From the IMG/VR virus record IMGVR_UViG_3300024259_000034: a stretch of 59,774 nucleotides of DNA; one strand, written 5' to 3'. The stretch comes from a virus. Each line of letters opens with the position of its first letter. Positions within the stretch are counted from its first letter, which is position 1. The notes below the pieces were generated by a model. The model saw nothing but the letters and a program-made list of their open reading frames with translations, searched no databases and had not been told where the DNA came from. Both the position numbers and the translations under genes were made by a program. Below are positions 16,607-26,621 of the stretch, piece after piece.

Positions 16607-18169
16607 TTATATTCCCGCCCATGCTTCGGCCAGACTCGGGCCGTTCTCTGATTTGGTCGTGGCATTAACTTTTGCCGGACCTTTTGAACTAAATCCTTTG
16701 ATATACGCTTCTGCTCCTCTTTGAGCAGATACCTGAACATTCACATCAGTCTTGCTATTCGCAGCCTTTGAATCATAATTTCCGCCAATTCCATCTCTGA
16801 TAAACGATGGCATGGCATTCCAAAGATTCTTAAATCCAGTGGCAATCTTACTGAAGAAATTGGCTACCTTCTCCCAATTTTTATAAACCAGAACGGCTCC
16901 AGCAACTAAAGCGCCGACAGCCAGGATAACTAGACCGATCGGACCAAGCATTAACGTGATTCCTGCTCCGATAATCGGCATCAAAGTTGCCAGTGATCCA
17001 AGCACAATCAGCAAGGGACCTAAAGCAGCTACTGCTCCCGCAACAATGACTCCTATCGACAACAGCTCAGGATTAACTTCTGACAATTTTTGCAGCCAAC
17101 TAGCAAATCCTCTAATGAGATCATTCACGAATTCACCAAGGCCACTTTCAACAATCGAAAGTTGCACTGACTCAAAAGCAGATGCCAGCAATTTGAATGC
17201 TCCTGGCAAACCTTCCATTTGTGCCTTCGCAACTCTCGCAGCAGTGCCTTCCTTGTTCAGATCATCGGTAAAATCGCTCAGTTTTTCAGATCCTGCACTC
17301 AATAGAGCCAGAAATTGCGGTCCACCACGATCACCAAATAACTGCAGAGCAGCTTCGGCAATCAGCGTTTGAGATGCGCCTTTTTTCTGCAGCTCTTCAA
17401 ACTGTTTCATAGCCTGAGACAGAGGCAACAAATCACCATTCGCGTCCTTAAAACTCAGACCAAGTTCCTTCATAATCTTCGTCTGTTTCGGAGTCTGATT
17501 CGCCATCTGTGTCATTATCCGGCGTAAACCAGTACCAGCCTCACTTCCCTGAATACCAGCAGATCCAAGCAGACCTAATGCAGCGGTCGTTTCCTCAAAG
17601 TTGAATCCCAAATTACTCGCAACTGGACCCACTTTTTTCATTGCCTCGCCCAACTGAACCAGATTCACATTTGATCCAGTGAAAGCATTTACCAGGACAT
17701 CATTCACATGACCAAGATCGCCAACCTTCTTTTTATAGCCAGCCATAATATTCGTGACAATATCAGCAGCCTGCCCCATCTCCAATTGAGCAGATGCAGC
17801 CAACTGTAAAACCTTTGGACTCGCGCCGATGATGTCATTCGTATTCATACCAGCCATACCCATAAACTTCATGGCCTCTGCAGCCTGTGAAGCACTAAAC
17901 TGAGTAGTGGCGCCAAGTTTTCTGGCAGTCTTTTGAAGTTCTCCAAACTGTCCTTTGGTCGCACTCGTGACAGCTCCGACCATATTCATCGAGGATTGAA
18001 AAGTCGTGGCCGTCTTAATCGATAATGCACCAAAAGCAGCGATGGGAGCAGTCAACCCAAGGGTCATCTTTTTCCCTGCTGCCTTTGTCGAATCACCGAT
18101 CTTCTTCATTTTACCTGAGAACTGATCTATCAACGTCAAGACCACACTCAGATCAAATTTCTTAGCCAT
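16607..18169 (-). CDS. tail tape measure protein
   Basis: 520 aa with a TP901-type core (GATTQFSASQAAEAMKFMGMAGM) and a hydrophobic C-terminal segment. Confidence 0.85.
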   Translation of the reverse strand: MAKKFDLSVVLTLIDQFSGKMKKIGDSTKAAGKKMTLGLTAPIAAFGALSIKTATTFQSSMNMVGAVTSATKGQFGELQKTARKLGATTQFSASQAAEAMKFMGMAGMNTNDIIGASPKVLQLAASAQLEMGQAADIVTNIMAGYKKKVGDLGHVNDVLVNAFTGSNVNLVQLGEAMKKVGPVASNLGFNFEETTAALGLLGSAGIQGSEAGTGLRRIMTQMANQTPKQTKIMKELGLSFKDANGDLLPLSQAMKQFEELQKKGASQTLIAEAALQLFGDRGGPQFLALLSAGSEKLSDFTDDLNKEGTAARVAKAQMEGLPGAFKLLASAFESVQLSIVESGLGEFVNDLIRGFASWLQKLSEVNPELLSIGVIVAGAVAALGPLLIVLGSLATLMPIIGAGITLMLGPIGLVILAVGALVAGAVLVYKNWEKVANFFSKIATGFKNLWNAMPSFIRDGIGGNYDSKAANSKTDVNVQVSAQRGAEAYIKGFSSKGPAKVNATTKSENGPSLAEAWAGI

Positions 18170-18589
18170 TTTGCTCTTTTGCTATCCATGATGCGCCGGA
18201 GATCCAAAACATCAGATCATTTACATCCATATTCCAAATCTCAGACGCTGGAAAGTGGAACCAGTATGCTATCCCCCAGACGATTTCTTTCCAGTCTGGA
18301 GGGAGTCTGATAAAAAAGATCCCAATGCCTCACCAACTTTCATCAGATCGGCAACGTCCATCTCTTCTACTGTTTCCAGTGGTATATTCGCTAAACCAGC
18401 GATCAATGGCATAACATCATGAGGTTTTACACTCTCACCGCCGTCATCAAACATCGATTCTGGCATCAACCTCAAATGCTTTGCTTTCAATCGCCCTAAT
18501 GTTAATTCTCTCACTTCTTTCATCCGCTCACCTTCTGGAGCATCAGGGTCCATGACCATGAGCGGATATTCGAGTTTGATCGTTTTCAT
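18162..18589 (-). CDS. tail assembly chaperone, -1 frameshift-extended form (gpE+E'-like)
   Basis: A slip at the in-phase T_TTT_TTA (18317..18311) opens a stop-free -1 frame. It encodes ...IRLPPDWKEIVWGIAYWFHFPASEIWNMDVNDLMFWISGASWIAKEQNG and ends at 18162, inside the tape-measure start. Confidence 0.65.
18269..18589 (-). CDS. tail assembly chaperone (Mu gp41 / P2 gpE-like), short form
   Basis: 106-aa ORF between the tube and tape-measure genes. Confidence 0.7.
   Translation of the reverse strand: MKTIKLEYPLMVMDPDAPEGERMKEVRELTLGRLKAKHLRLMPESMFDDGGESVKPHDVMPLIAGLANIPLETVEEMDVADLMKVGEALGSFLSDSLQTGKKSSGG
18311..18317 (-). promoter_or_regulatory. programmed -1 ribosomal frameshift slippery heptamer TTTTTTA
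   Basis: The X_XXY_YYZ heptamer is in the correct phase (codons 91-93, S-F-L) of the chaperone gene. Confidence 0.65.
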
Positions 18590-18975
18590 TAATAAGTGCC
18601 TTCAATCCAATTCGCACCGATGAAGGTCAGAGGAACCTCCCCTTCTCCACCAGTCAATTCAAAATTCCGCATACACGTTGCATTGTTCATCGTATATACT
18701 TTTCCCGACATAGCAGACCGGAAGATCACAGTACCATCTTCCCTGACAGCAGCTAAATCGTTCAAGCTGATGTCATCCCTGTCCGTCACAGTTACTTCAC
18801 ATTTGGCCACTATCGGCTCCTCAGTGAAACCGTGAATCCCGGTATCACCCATAACCTCTTTTAGCTCAAAGTTTGGTTGCCCCGAAAGGCCGATTCCACT
18901 GGCCTTTGCGCCAGCTTTATTGAGTAGAAGTTCTCCATTGACCAAGATTTCTACTCTCCCGGTGATTCTAGCCAT
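18589..18975 (-). CDS. tail tube protein
   Basis: 128 aa, directly after the sheath gene, with Mu-type tube-like sequence. Confidence 0.7.
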   Translation of the reverse strand: MARITGRVEILVNGELLLNKAGAKASGIGLSGQPNFELKEVMGDTGIHGFTEEPIVAKCEVTVTDRDDISLNDLAAVREDGTVIFRSAMSGKVYTMNNATCMRNFELTGGEGEVPLTFIGANWIEGTY

Positions 18976-18983
18976 CTAACCTC

Positions 18984-20498
18984 CTAAAGTAAGAATTGGA
19001 TCAGACCCGCAAGGATTCTGAACTGGTTAATCAAATCAGGTGGCATCAAGACGTTGACCCTGTTCACATCTGTCAAATCCCTTTCGACAATCAGGTTCTC
19101 TGCAAACTCATCAACTTCCTCGATTAAACCAACATCTCGCAACTGAGCAAACAGCGCGATAATCTCTTGAGCGATACTCGATGGAGTAGCAACATACGAT
19201 CCTGGTTGAACAGGAAAGCCATCGTCAGCCAGCTTGAATCGAGGCTGAATGAACCGATTGCTCATTCTGATTTTGAATTGATCCCTGATTTCGCCCAAAG
19301 TCGCGAGAGTCTGGATGTCCAGATAACTCGGATCGGCAATGCTCAAGGCATTCGTTTGGTAAGTTGTGATACACCTTTCGATCAGCACCTTGCCTGTATC
19401 AACTCTCCAGGTGGCGATGCCGTCATAAAGCAAGATGTCCCTCTCTGCTCTGGTGAATCTGCTCTCCGTAGGCGGAGGCATAATCCCTTTTAACTCAAGG
19501 AAATGCAGCGGTCTGGCCGGATCATTGTTCAAATTGAATGATGCAATCGCACCCAAAGCTGCTGCCCATTCTTCCGGAGAAGTCGGACTGTCATAAGCTC
19601 CGATGATCGTATTGTGAGGACTGTTTCGGCTATTGCCAAGAGTAGTACAGGAAGCCTGTGTTCCTCTCACTGCCGTAAAACCATGTCCCTGAAGATCGAC
19701 CAGTGGTTTGAACCGATCTGCCAGTTCATCTTCCACTTTTTCCAGTGCTGCAGCGACAATGTACGGCTGGATGATATAATTGAACCGTTCATCATCGATG
19801 ATCGTCCAAACATCGTCCAGATCGGGATCGACTGAACCGCCATCAAAAACTACTGTGGACAAAGCTACCGAAAATCCAGGTGGATACGAATTTCCAACAT
19901 CGTAATTGAACCGGATGTCCAGGTAATTCCCCAATGTGCCTGAGCAAACTGCACTGAAAATAATTAGACCGCCAGATGCAGGAACCCCAGAAACTGTGGC
20001 CGTAAATGGAAGGGTTGAATCACCGTTGATGGTCGAAACTATCGTCGAGGCAATGCTCGTTGTTGCTTGACCGGAAGTGATCGCAATGTCGAAATTTCCT
20101 CCCCGCTTTCCATTGACCATCATGAAAAGTGTTGCTGCTCCCGAATAACCGTCGTCACTATTCCTGACCAGCGACAAATCAAGTTCGGCAGATGCTGCTA
20201 CTCCCCCGATCCCTGAGCCGATACACATCCCCCAAAGCTCTGTGTTCGGGTTATTCTCTTTGAACTTGTTACACATCCTCGCCAGGACCGCTCCAGGCCC
20301 AAAGTAACCGTCTGCCAGACCGTCCTTTGTGATCTGTACCAGAGTGTCAAAATCGACTGTCCCTGCTGCGATCTTCTGTCCAATCATCAGAACCTTGTGA
20401 GGATTTTGGGCCAACCCCTGCAACGCACGACTGTTGTCAATCTCGGCAAATACACCGGGAGTCCTTTGCGTTTTTGGAATATTGTTAAACTGTATCAT
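18984..20498 (-). CDS. contractile tail sheath protein
   Basis: 504 aa. The N-terminus IPKTQRTPGVFAEIDNS is typical of sheath proteins. Confidence 0.8.
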   Translation of the reverse strand: MIQFNNIPKTQRTPGVFAEIDNSRALQGLAQNPHKVLMIGQKIAAGTVDFDTLVQITKDGLADGYFGPGAVLARMCNKFKENNPNTELWGMCIGSGIGGVAASAELDLSLVRNSDDGYSGAATLFMMVNGKRGGNFDIAITSGQATTSIASTIVSTINGDSTLPFTATVSGVPASGGLIIFSAVCSGTLGNYLDIRFNYDVGNSYPPGFSVALSTVVFDGGSVDPDLDDVWTIIDDERFNYIIQPYIVAAALEKVEDELADRFKPLVDLQGHGFTAVRGTQASCTTLGNSRNSPHNTIIGAYDSPTSPEEWAAALGAIASFNLNNDPARPLHFLELKGIMPPPTESRFTRAERDILLYDGIATWRVDTGKVLIERCITTYQTNALSIADPSYLDIQTLATLGEIRDQFKIRMSNRFIQPRFKLADDGFPVQPGSYVATPSSIAQEIIALFAQLRDVGLIEEVDEFAENLIVERDLTDVNRVNVLMPPDLINQFRILAGLIQFLL

Positions 20499-20752
20499 TT
20501 GTCAACCTCCTTCTTCTTTTTTTGGTTTGAGTGGTTCTGCGACAATGCAGCTTTTTGAGCCTTCACTGGCTTATCCAATGCCTCTGATTTTGCTCTATCA
20601 ATTCTGCAATCTCCGCTTCTAACTCGTCTCCTCCAAAATTTCCCCTCTGGTCCGTTCCAACTCACAGGTTCGCCCTGTGGGTCTATTTGGTTCATATTTG
20701 GACGGCGCACGATTAATCCTTTCCTTGGAATCAAAAATTTACGCATGATCAT
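20495..20752 (-). CDS. Mu gp38-like protein (DUF2635)
   Basis: LIPRKGLIVRRPN...PQGEPV...FWRRRVRSGDC resembles DUF2635. The alternative ATG at 20746 has better RBS spacing. Confidence 0.5.
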   Translation of the reverse strand: MIMRKFLIPRKGLIVRRPNMNQIDPQGEPVSWNGPEGKFWRRRVRSGDCRIDRAKSEALDKPVKAQKAALSQNHSNQKKKKEVDK

Positions 20753-21405
20753 CCTCCGAATAATTTGAATCCATAACCGAAACCTTTACCGTATGATCCG
20801 GCATCTGGATTCTCTGTAAAGTCAATATAGCTCTGCATATCCGTGATCGTAATATCAACTGGCAGTCCATCCGGACCAACCAACGGAATATCTTTACTTG
20901 GCACGAGTATCCAATCTGCATACAAGGAATTCAGGTCATTCAGATCACTGATATCGATGTCTCTGGTGATCCTGAATATCACGTTGAAATCGTATTGATA
21001 CCAAAGCCAAACTGGACTGATATCGAGCAATCTACCGCCTCCATACTCGACCAGTGAAACAACCTGTGTTCCAGGTTCTTCTGGCATCTGCCAACCTAAC
21101 AAAGTATCCAAAATCTCTTTCCGGACATCGTACAAACTATCGTATGAGATTATCCCGGTTTTATCGCTTTGCTCAGTGTCGTTTTTCAGTGCTACGATTA
21201 CCGCGAAAGTCTCTGTAACTTCCTGGGCAACTTCCCTGTCTAATTCGTTTGGCTGTGCATCTTCTGAAGTCTGGATAACAAAAGCAACTTCGGCGATCAA
21301 AGTATTGCCAAGAGCTAAACCAAGCTCTGCTGAACCGGCAATCCGTGTTTCAAACCGTGTCATATTTGCTTCACGCAATCTCAAAACAATCGGGGAAATT
21401 CTCAT
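20749..21405 (-). CDS. putative neck / tail-completion protein
   Basis: 218-aa ORF, called by position only. Confidence 0.4.
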   Translation of the reverse strand: MRISPIVLRLREANMTRFETRIAGSAELGLALGNTLIAEVAFVIQTSEDAQPNELDREVAQEVTETFAVIVALKNDTEQSDKTGIISYDSLYDVRKEILDTLLGWQMPEEPGTQVVSLVEYGGGRLLDISPVWLWYQYDFNVIFRITRDIDISDLNDLNSLYADWILVPSKDIPLVGPDGLPVDITITDMQSYIDFTENPDAGSYGKGFGYGFKLFGG

Positions 21406-21857
21406 ACTCTGATCCTGTTAATCGCTCTCATTATTCTCTGCTCCATGAACTTCGTTTTCTTCTTTACTGCTGGCTCCAGAAATGGCCTCGATGCCATGTC
21501 TTTTGTGCCTTCCTCAAGAAAAATAGGATACTTCGGTTTCTTGATATTCGATCCAACTTCCACTTCAAATCCGGACATCTTTCTCACGTTCATTTTGATG
21601 CTGCGTTTCAAGTCACCTGAATCAATTGCCGGTGGTCTGCCGGGAGATGACGCTATATGAATTTTCGGGCCTCTTTTGTAGTGCTTCCCGGTCTGTGGTG
21701 TCTGCTGAAAGGAAAGCAAAATCTCATTCCTTATCATATTCGCAGTATCGTGCATTTCGTCCTCGACTTCTTTCACTGCCTTCTTACTGAAGCCGGACAA
21801 TCTGATTTTACCCTTCTCAAAGTTTGATGTGATTTTTACCTTACTTCTGTCGCTCAT
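21402..21857 (-). CDS. HK97 gp10-family neck protein
   Basis: SSPGRPPAIDSGDLKRSI...FLEEGTKDMASRPFLEPA matches the HK97-gp10 pattern. Confidence 0.7.
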   Translation of the reverse strand: MSDRSKVKITSNFEKGKIRLSGFSKKAVKEVEDEMHDTANMIRNEILLSFQQTPQTGKHYKRGPKIHIASSPGRPPAIDSGDLKRSIKMNVRKMSGFEVEVGSNIKKPKYPIFLEEGTKDMASRPFLEPAVKKKTKFMEQRIMRAINRIRV

Positions 21858-22363
21858 GCCGGATACCCTGTGCCTTGTTCTTCTACTTCGCTCAATCGGA
21901 TCCTCAGATATTCCTGCTTTGAATCGACATCCTCATATCCCAGAATCTTATACAGATTTCCAACTACCCCTTCGGACTGATCACACTCAGTATTGAATCC
22001 TGCTCCAAATGCACCGACCGTTCCGCCTCTTTGCCGGAAGATAAAATAATTGTTTTTCAAAGCCTCCAAATCTGCAGAGGAGTTGAAACTTCTGGCCTGT
22101 CCATCACTGAAAGCTCCTCCCAAAGTCGAAACTGCAATCCTTCGGCATGTCATAATGTGGGTCGCAATATCTGATATTTGCGCTCCCCTGACATAAGCTG
22201 CCATTGCTGCAGATCCTTTGTTCTTTGATGCTATCGGTTTCACTTCCGCCCAGATCGTTCCAATCTTCGTGTAACCACGGATAAAACCAGCGTTTGTGCT
22301 GGATCCTTGGGTCGGTTGCTTTACCTGCACTCTCTCTTTCAGTTTATCGGCGATGAAAGTCAT
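21854..22363 (-). CDS. head-tail adaptor / head-closure protein
   Basis: 169 aa. LKERVQVKQP...IGTIWAEVKPI resembles head-tail joining proteins. Confidence 0.5.
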   Translation of the reverse strand: MTFIADKLKERVQVKQPTQGSSTNAGFIRGYTKIGTIWAEVKPIASKNKGSAAMAAYVRGAQISDIATHIMTCRRIAVSTLGGAFSDGQARSFNSSADLEALKNNYFIFRQRGGTVGAFGAGFNTECDQSEGVVGNLYKILGYEDVDSKQEYLRIRLSEVEEQGTGYPA

Positions 22364-22959
22364 ATTCTCAAAATCTTCTCTGAGTTCATGAGCGTTTTTG
22401 CCATGTCTGGCGGATCAGCGATCGGGACTCTGGTTTCGTACAGGACAGTCGCCCAAATCTTCATTGCTTCCTTGATATTCGATGGGACCACTGAAGCTGC
22501 TCCGTATCCTGCGACAAACTCAATCTCATAACCACCGTAATCTCGATCTTCATTTATCGGGAAACTGTATCCCTGTTTGATCACGACCTGCCCCGGTTCT
22601 GGAATCGTCTGGGCATAATAATTGTCACTGGAATAGGTAGTTTCAGTTCCTGATTCGTCTACTGTGCGGATTTCAGTTACTGAAATTAACTTCGGCCTCG
22701 GTAGCTTTATGACCATTCCAGGCCAGTAATCCATTGATAATATTAGCGATTGTGTCACCAATGCTCGTCCCAGATAATTCTCAGTCGCTATCCTGACTGA
22801 CTTGATAAAACTGTCCAGCAAATCATCTTCCGCCGATCCATCAATCCTGGCGTAAGTTTTCAGTTCATCTTTTGTGATCGGCTCCTCTGTCGGTTCGGTG
22901 GAAACATACCATTCCCTGTTCCCATCACCGCCGATGGCCAATCCTAAATCGATTGCCAT
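22360..22959 (-). CDS. gp6-like head-tail connector protein
   Basis: ITKDELKTYARIDGSAEDDLLDSFIKSVRIATENYLGRAL is the Phage_connect_1-type motif. Confidence 0.7.
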   Translation of the reverse strand: MAIDLGLAIGGDGNREWYVSTEPTEEPITKDELKTYARIDGSAEDDLLDSFIKSVRIATENYLGRALVTQSLILSMDYWPGMVIKLPRPKLISVTEIRTVDESGTETTYSSDNYYAQTIPEPGQVVIKQGYSFPINEDRDYGGYEIEFVAGYGAASVVPSNIKEAMKIWATVLYETRVPIADPPDMAKTLMNSEKILRI

Positions 22960-23336
22960 TATTGCCTTTTAACAACCAGTTTCGCCAGATCCTTCGCTGA
23001 CGTATTTGTTTTGGTGTCACTCAAGTCAATTTTTCTTTCCTTCGCCAATATGCGGATCTCTCCTGCTTTCAGCTTTTCCATGTCCTTAATGGTCAGCTTC
23101 TTTTCCGGAGCATCCTTGATAACCTGCTTATTGGGCGGTGTCAATTTGTCCTGGCCAACCACGACCGGGACTTCAGGAACGACTTCTTCTGCCTTGTGTT
23201 CAGCAACGAAAACATTCGCGACTTTGGTAGTCAAAACATCTTCATCGACTTCATACTCCTCACCGGCTTTGAAAAGGCTTACTTTCAAGCCTTCCCAATT
23301 TGCGCCGGGAGCAGATCGAATCATTTTAATTTTCAT
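22959..23336 (-). CDS. hypothetical head-region protein
   Basis: 125-aa ORF in the head region. Confidence 0.5.
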   Translation of the reverse strand: MKIKMIRSAPGANWEGLKVSLFKAGEEYEVDEDVLTTKVANVFVAEHKAEEVVPEVPVVVGQDKLTPPNKQVIKDAPEKKLTIKDMEKLKAGEIRILAKERKIDLSDTKTNTSAKDLAKLVVKRQ

Positions 23337-23350
23337 ACTGCTCCCCTGTT

Positions 23351-23878
23351 TTAAGCGTTAGCCTGTTGAGTGTAAGTGCTGTCATCGACAATCTGCCACG
23401 TTCCATCAACGGGACATACCAGATTAATCTTTCCTACTGCTGACAGTTCCATCGCGCTCAATCTAACACTTTGCGGATTGAGCAGAATTACACTCGCATC
23501 CGTGCTGATTGAAATGTTCGCATCACCGACCAAGGCATATCCGTCAAGATACAGCCTCGCCCCAAATGAAGCGACAGGAAGTAAGCAGGAAGCCAGCGAC
23601 ATATCCGTTGGAGCGGAAAAAATGTGCCTTCCGTATGCCGGACTCATCACTGCCGTAACTGAAAGCGATAACACCGAACCAACCATCGGATGATTCGTTA
23701 TGGTATGCTCACTGATCAAAAACAGTTGAAGTTCACGAGCCTCAAAATCAGACCCGTAAAAGGTGAAAATACCGGCTTTATCGGATTCTAACCGTCCACC
23801 GTCTTTCATGTAAAATCGATCTGCTTCTTGTGTCCTACCAACTAAAGCGTTGTAGGAATCTACATCTTTACGAGCCAT
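23351..23878 (-). CDS. hypothetical head-region protein
   Basis: 175-aa ORF behind the RBS GAGGGGAG. Confidence 0.5.
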   Translation of the reverse strand: MARKDVDSYNALVGRTQEADRFYMKDGGRLESDKAGIFTFYGSDFEARELQLFLISEHTITNHPMVGSVLSLSVTAVMSPAYGRHIFSAPTDMSLASCLLPVASFGARLYLDGYALVGDANISISTDASVILLNPQSVRLSAMELSAVGKINLVCPVDGTWQIVDDSTYTQQANA

Positions 23879-23901
23879 TGATCTCCCCTCGTTCGATGTT
23901 T

Positions 23902-23966
23902 AAAAAAGTGGCTAGGACGAGGCAGGAGACACCTGTGCCAAGGTGACTGACCCCCGCCCTAGCCAT
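23902..23966 (-). terminator. intrinsic terminator after the capsid genes
   Basis: The minus strand forms a 13-bp stem GGCTAGGGCGGGG/CCTCGTCCTAGCC (two G-U pairs) with an inner CACCT/AGGTG hairpin, followed by ACTTTTTT. Confidence 0.7.
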
Positions 23967-23970
23967 AGCC

Positions 23971-24444
23971 CTAATCGCCAGCCGGCGTATTGATTGGCCA
24001 ATTTGCAGGAAGTCCCAGAACCGCGACTGCACCGATACTCATTGTCGAGGCAGCGTTCACATCAGAAAATGCGACTCTGATCGTTCGATGTGGCCCTTTG
24101 TAACCAACCGCAATAACTGCGGATTGATCGGCAGAACCAAATGAGAACCACATTCCGCTATACAGAACAGAGAACGTCCCTGCCTCCCCGACCGAACATC
24201 CGATCATCTGAGATGGGTAACACTCCGACCATGCTCCAGCAGTGGAATTGTAATGCTCCAACAGTGCTTGCCACCATTGAGCTGTAAAGGCTCCACCGCC
24301 AGTATTGTCGCCAATATTGACGAGAATCGTGGCAGTTTCATAACCCTTGATGTCAATTGCGACACCAGTTCGTCTTGCACCCTCAATAAGATCCTGCGGT
24401 TCAAAACATTGGAAAAATTTAAAATTGCTATAACCGTCTCTCAT
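23971..24444 (-). CDS. hypothetical protein downstream of the capsid gene (possible decoration/cement protein)
   Basis: 157-aa ORF; the function is guessed from position only. Confidence 0.5.
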   Translation of the reverse strand: MRDGYSNFKFFQCFEPQDLIEGARRTGVAIDIKGYETATILVNIGDNTGGGAFTAQWWQALLEHYNSTAGAWSECYPSQMIGCSVGEAGTFSVLYSGMWFSFGSADQSAVIAVGYKGPHRTIRVAFSDVNAASTMSIGAVAVLGLPANWPINTPAGD

Positions 24445-24453
24445 TTTACTCTC

Positions 24454-25833
24454 CTATGCAGAAACAACTCCGATTTTGATTGCTTGGAAATCTGTGACAT
24501 CTCCACCGACGCGCTTTCTGGTGTAATACTCAACCATCGGCTTTGCAGTGTAAGGATCACGTTGGACAGAAATGCCTTGCCGGTCGACGATTGTGTACGC
24601 TCGCTTCCAATCTGCGAGATAGATCGCCAGTGCTGATGAGGCTGTAACTGCGACAGTCGTGGACATTCTGATCGGCAGTCCCAACAGGATACTCGGTTGG
24701 TTCAGCTCGATCCCCGGTCGCCAAATATACTGGCCATCACCATCTTTCAACTTCATGATGTCCCTGACATTCAGCCGGTTTGTCAGCCATGTTCCACGGT
24801 TCAGATACTGCTCGATCATCTGGTATTTGACATTCAACAGGCCATCGGTTGTGAACAAGGATGCGTGACCCATATTCACTCTTTCAACTGCTCCGTACTG
24901 ATAAGTCCCGGCAGTGTCCCAATCGCCGTAAGTGCCAAAACCAACTGGTTTGCCAACACCGTTTCCGGTTACAAAAGCTGCTCCCTCAGTCCGGCCCATT
25001 TTCTCGGCGACTTTATTGGACAGCCAGTTTTCCAGATTGATCCCTGAGTCATCCAAAACGGTCTGGGATGCTCTCGGTCGAGCTGCCAAAACATGAACAG
25101 GAATTCTTTTCATGTCCCAGTTTGGCGTATCGGAAGGATCATTGGCCTGAGTCTCGCCTTCCCAACTCGCATCGGCTTCATCAACATCTGCCAAAAACTC
25201 GATGGCTCCGGTGGTGATACTCAGAACTGTTGCCAGTTGCCTGATGGGATCGGATTCAAACATCCTTGACAGGATCGTTGCCGACATCTGAGGAGTCACG
25301 GTATAACCGCCACTCGTATCGATGCCAACCTGCAGGGCTTTGTATGCTTCCGGTGAAAGTGCCTTTTCGTCCTGATACAGAAACTCATCAAAGGCAGTTT
25401 TGTACGCCTTCAATGCTTCAGGATCGGCTTCCAGCAATCTCCTGGCTTGCCAATTGACAGTCTTTTCCTTCGCTGCCATGCACTGAACCTGGAAAGCCAT
25501 CGCTTCTTTGATCAACTGACGATCTTCCTCGATGGATGTGCCATGAGAAGGATGGGTCCTCTTCATCGCAACTTCAACCTGATCCATGCGCTCATTGGCG
25601 ACGGCAACCTGCTTGTCAATCTCAGCCTGTCTGGTGGACACATCAGCGGTCAATTTGTCCAGATGCTCTTTCGTTACAGGATCGATATCGCCTTGCCTTT
25701 CGACAACCGATTTCAACTCCTCGTAATTCCTGGACATCGTTTCAAAATTTTCCTTTGAAGTGGCTCCAATCGCGTCCAACTTCTTTTTGATTTCTTCCAC
25801 AATCGGTTCTGTGGTGGTGATATCTTCTGGCAT
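24454..25833 (-). CDS. major capsid protein, HK97 fold
   Basis: 459 aa with an N-terminal coiled-coil delta-like region followed by an HK97-family core. It lies directly after the prohead protease. Confidence 0.85.
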   Translation of the reverse strand: MPEDITTTEPIVEEIKKKLDAIGATSKENFETMSRNYEELKSVVERQGDIDPVTKEHLDKLTADVSTRQAEIDKQVAVANERMDQVEVAMKRTHPSHGTSIEEDRQLIKEAMAFQVQCMAAKEKTVNWQARRLLEADPEALKAYKTAFDEFLYQDEKALSPEAYKALQVGIDTSGGYTVTPQMSATILSRMFESDPIRQLATVLSITTGAIEFLADVDEADASWEGETQANDPSDTPNWDMKRIPVHVLAARPRASQTVLDDSGINLENWLSNKVAEKMGRTEGAAFVTGNGVGKPVGFGTYGDWDTAGTYQYGAVERVNMGHASLFTTDGLLNVKYQMIEQYLNRGTWLTNRLNVRDIMKLKDGDGQYIWRPGIELNQPSILLGLPIRMSTTVAVTASSALAIYLADWKRAYTIVDRQGISVQRDPYTAKPMVEYYTRKRVGGDVTDFQAIKIGVVSA

Positions 25834-25834
25834 T

Positions 25835-26608
25835 TTAAACTCCTTTAGTGAAATTTGATAAATCGTTTTTCGTGTTCTCTAACATTCTCAGAACACTTTT
25901 CAAATCTGCATCACCCTTAACCGACGCAATCTCTGCAACAGTCTGATCGATGCTTTCCAATATCTCTTGCTTACTGTCCTTATGCGTTTTGCCGACTTCT
26001 CTCAACCCGGGTTTGCACAAAGACACCAAAAATTCAGATTGTTTTTGGCTCAGTCCCATATCCCTTAACGCTCTTTCAAGCTCTCGCTCGTTTTCTGCGC
26101 CTTCCAGCGTTTTTACGCCAGTGATCCTAGCTCGGACCTGAGCTGGAAATGTTACGGGGCTAATCTCCCAAAGTTCAATCTGTTTCAAAGTCCTCGTTCG
26201 TTTCTTTTCATCGATTTCAAAACTCTCTTCAAGGGCTCTCCCATTCTTATCTCTGGGGAAATCCCAACCAATCGACAAACCTTTAATTGCGCCCATCTTC
26301 ATCAGAACATGAGCATCATGCCCAAGGGACGTTTCTACTGCGATTTGACCTTCAACCTTCAACCCTTTACCGTCCTCATGGATGTCTGGATATACACCAA
26401 TCGGCTGGTCTGAGTTGTGCTGCCATAGCATCGCGATTCCGGTTCCATTACGACCTCCATTGAGTACAGATTTGGAGAATGCTCCATGCGCGATAATATC
26501 TCCATGGCTGTCAGGCTTCCCGCCAAACACGCTCGCATATCCTTTGAAAATACCTGTTTCTGACACTTCCTTTGTCTCAAATGGGACCTCAAGATAACGC
26601 TCTTTCAT
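25835..26608 (-). CDS. prohead protease (HK97 / S78 family)
   Basis: GIFKGYASVFGGKPDSHGDIIAHGAFSKS...LWQHN is the protease signature. Confidence 0.85.
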   Translation of the reverse strand: MKERYLEVPFETKEVSETGIFKGYASVFGGKPDSHGDIIAHGAFSKSVLNGGRNGTGIAMLWQHNSDQPIGVYPDIHEDGKGLKVEGQIAVETSLGHDAHVLMKMGAIKGLSIGWDFPRDKNGRALEESFEIDEKKRTRTLKQIELWEISPVTFPAQVRARITGVKTLEGAENERELERALRDMGLSQKQSEFLVSLCKPGLREVGKTHKDSKQEILESIDQTVAEIASVKGDADLKSVLRMLENTKNDLSNFTKGV

Positions 26609-26621
26609 AAATCCTCCATGT

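Noticed and set aside
23925-23953. TGGCAC in the loop of the capsid terminator as a fourth sigma-54 promoter.
   Set aside because: No GC dinucleotide sits at the required -12 spacing (TGGCACAGGTGTCTCC), and the flanking repeat sequence is absent.
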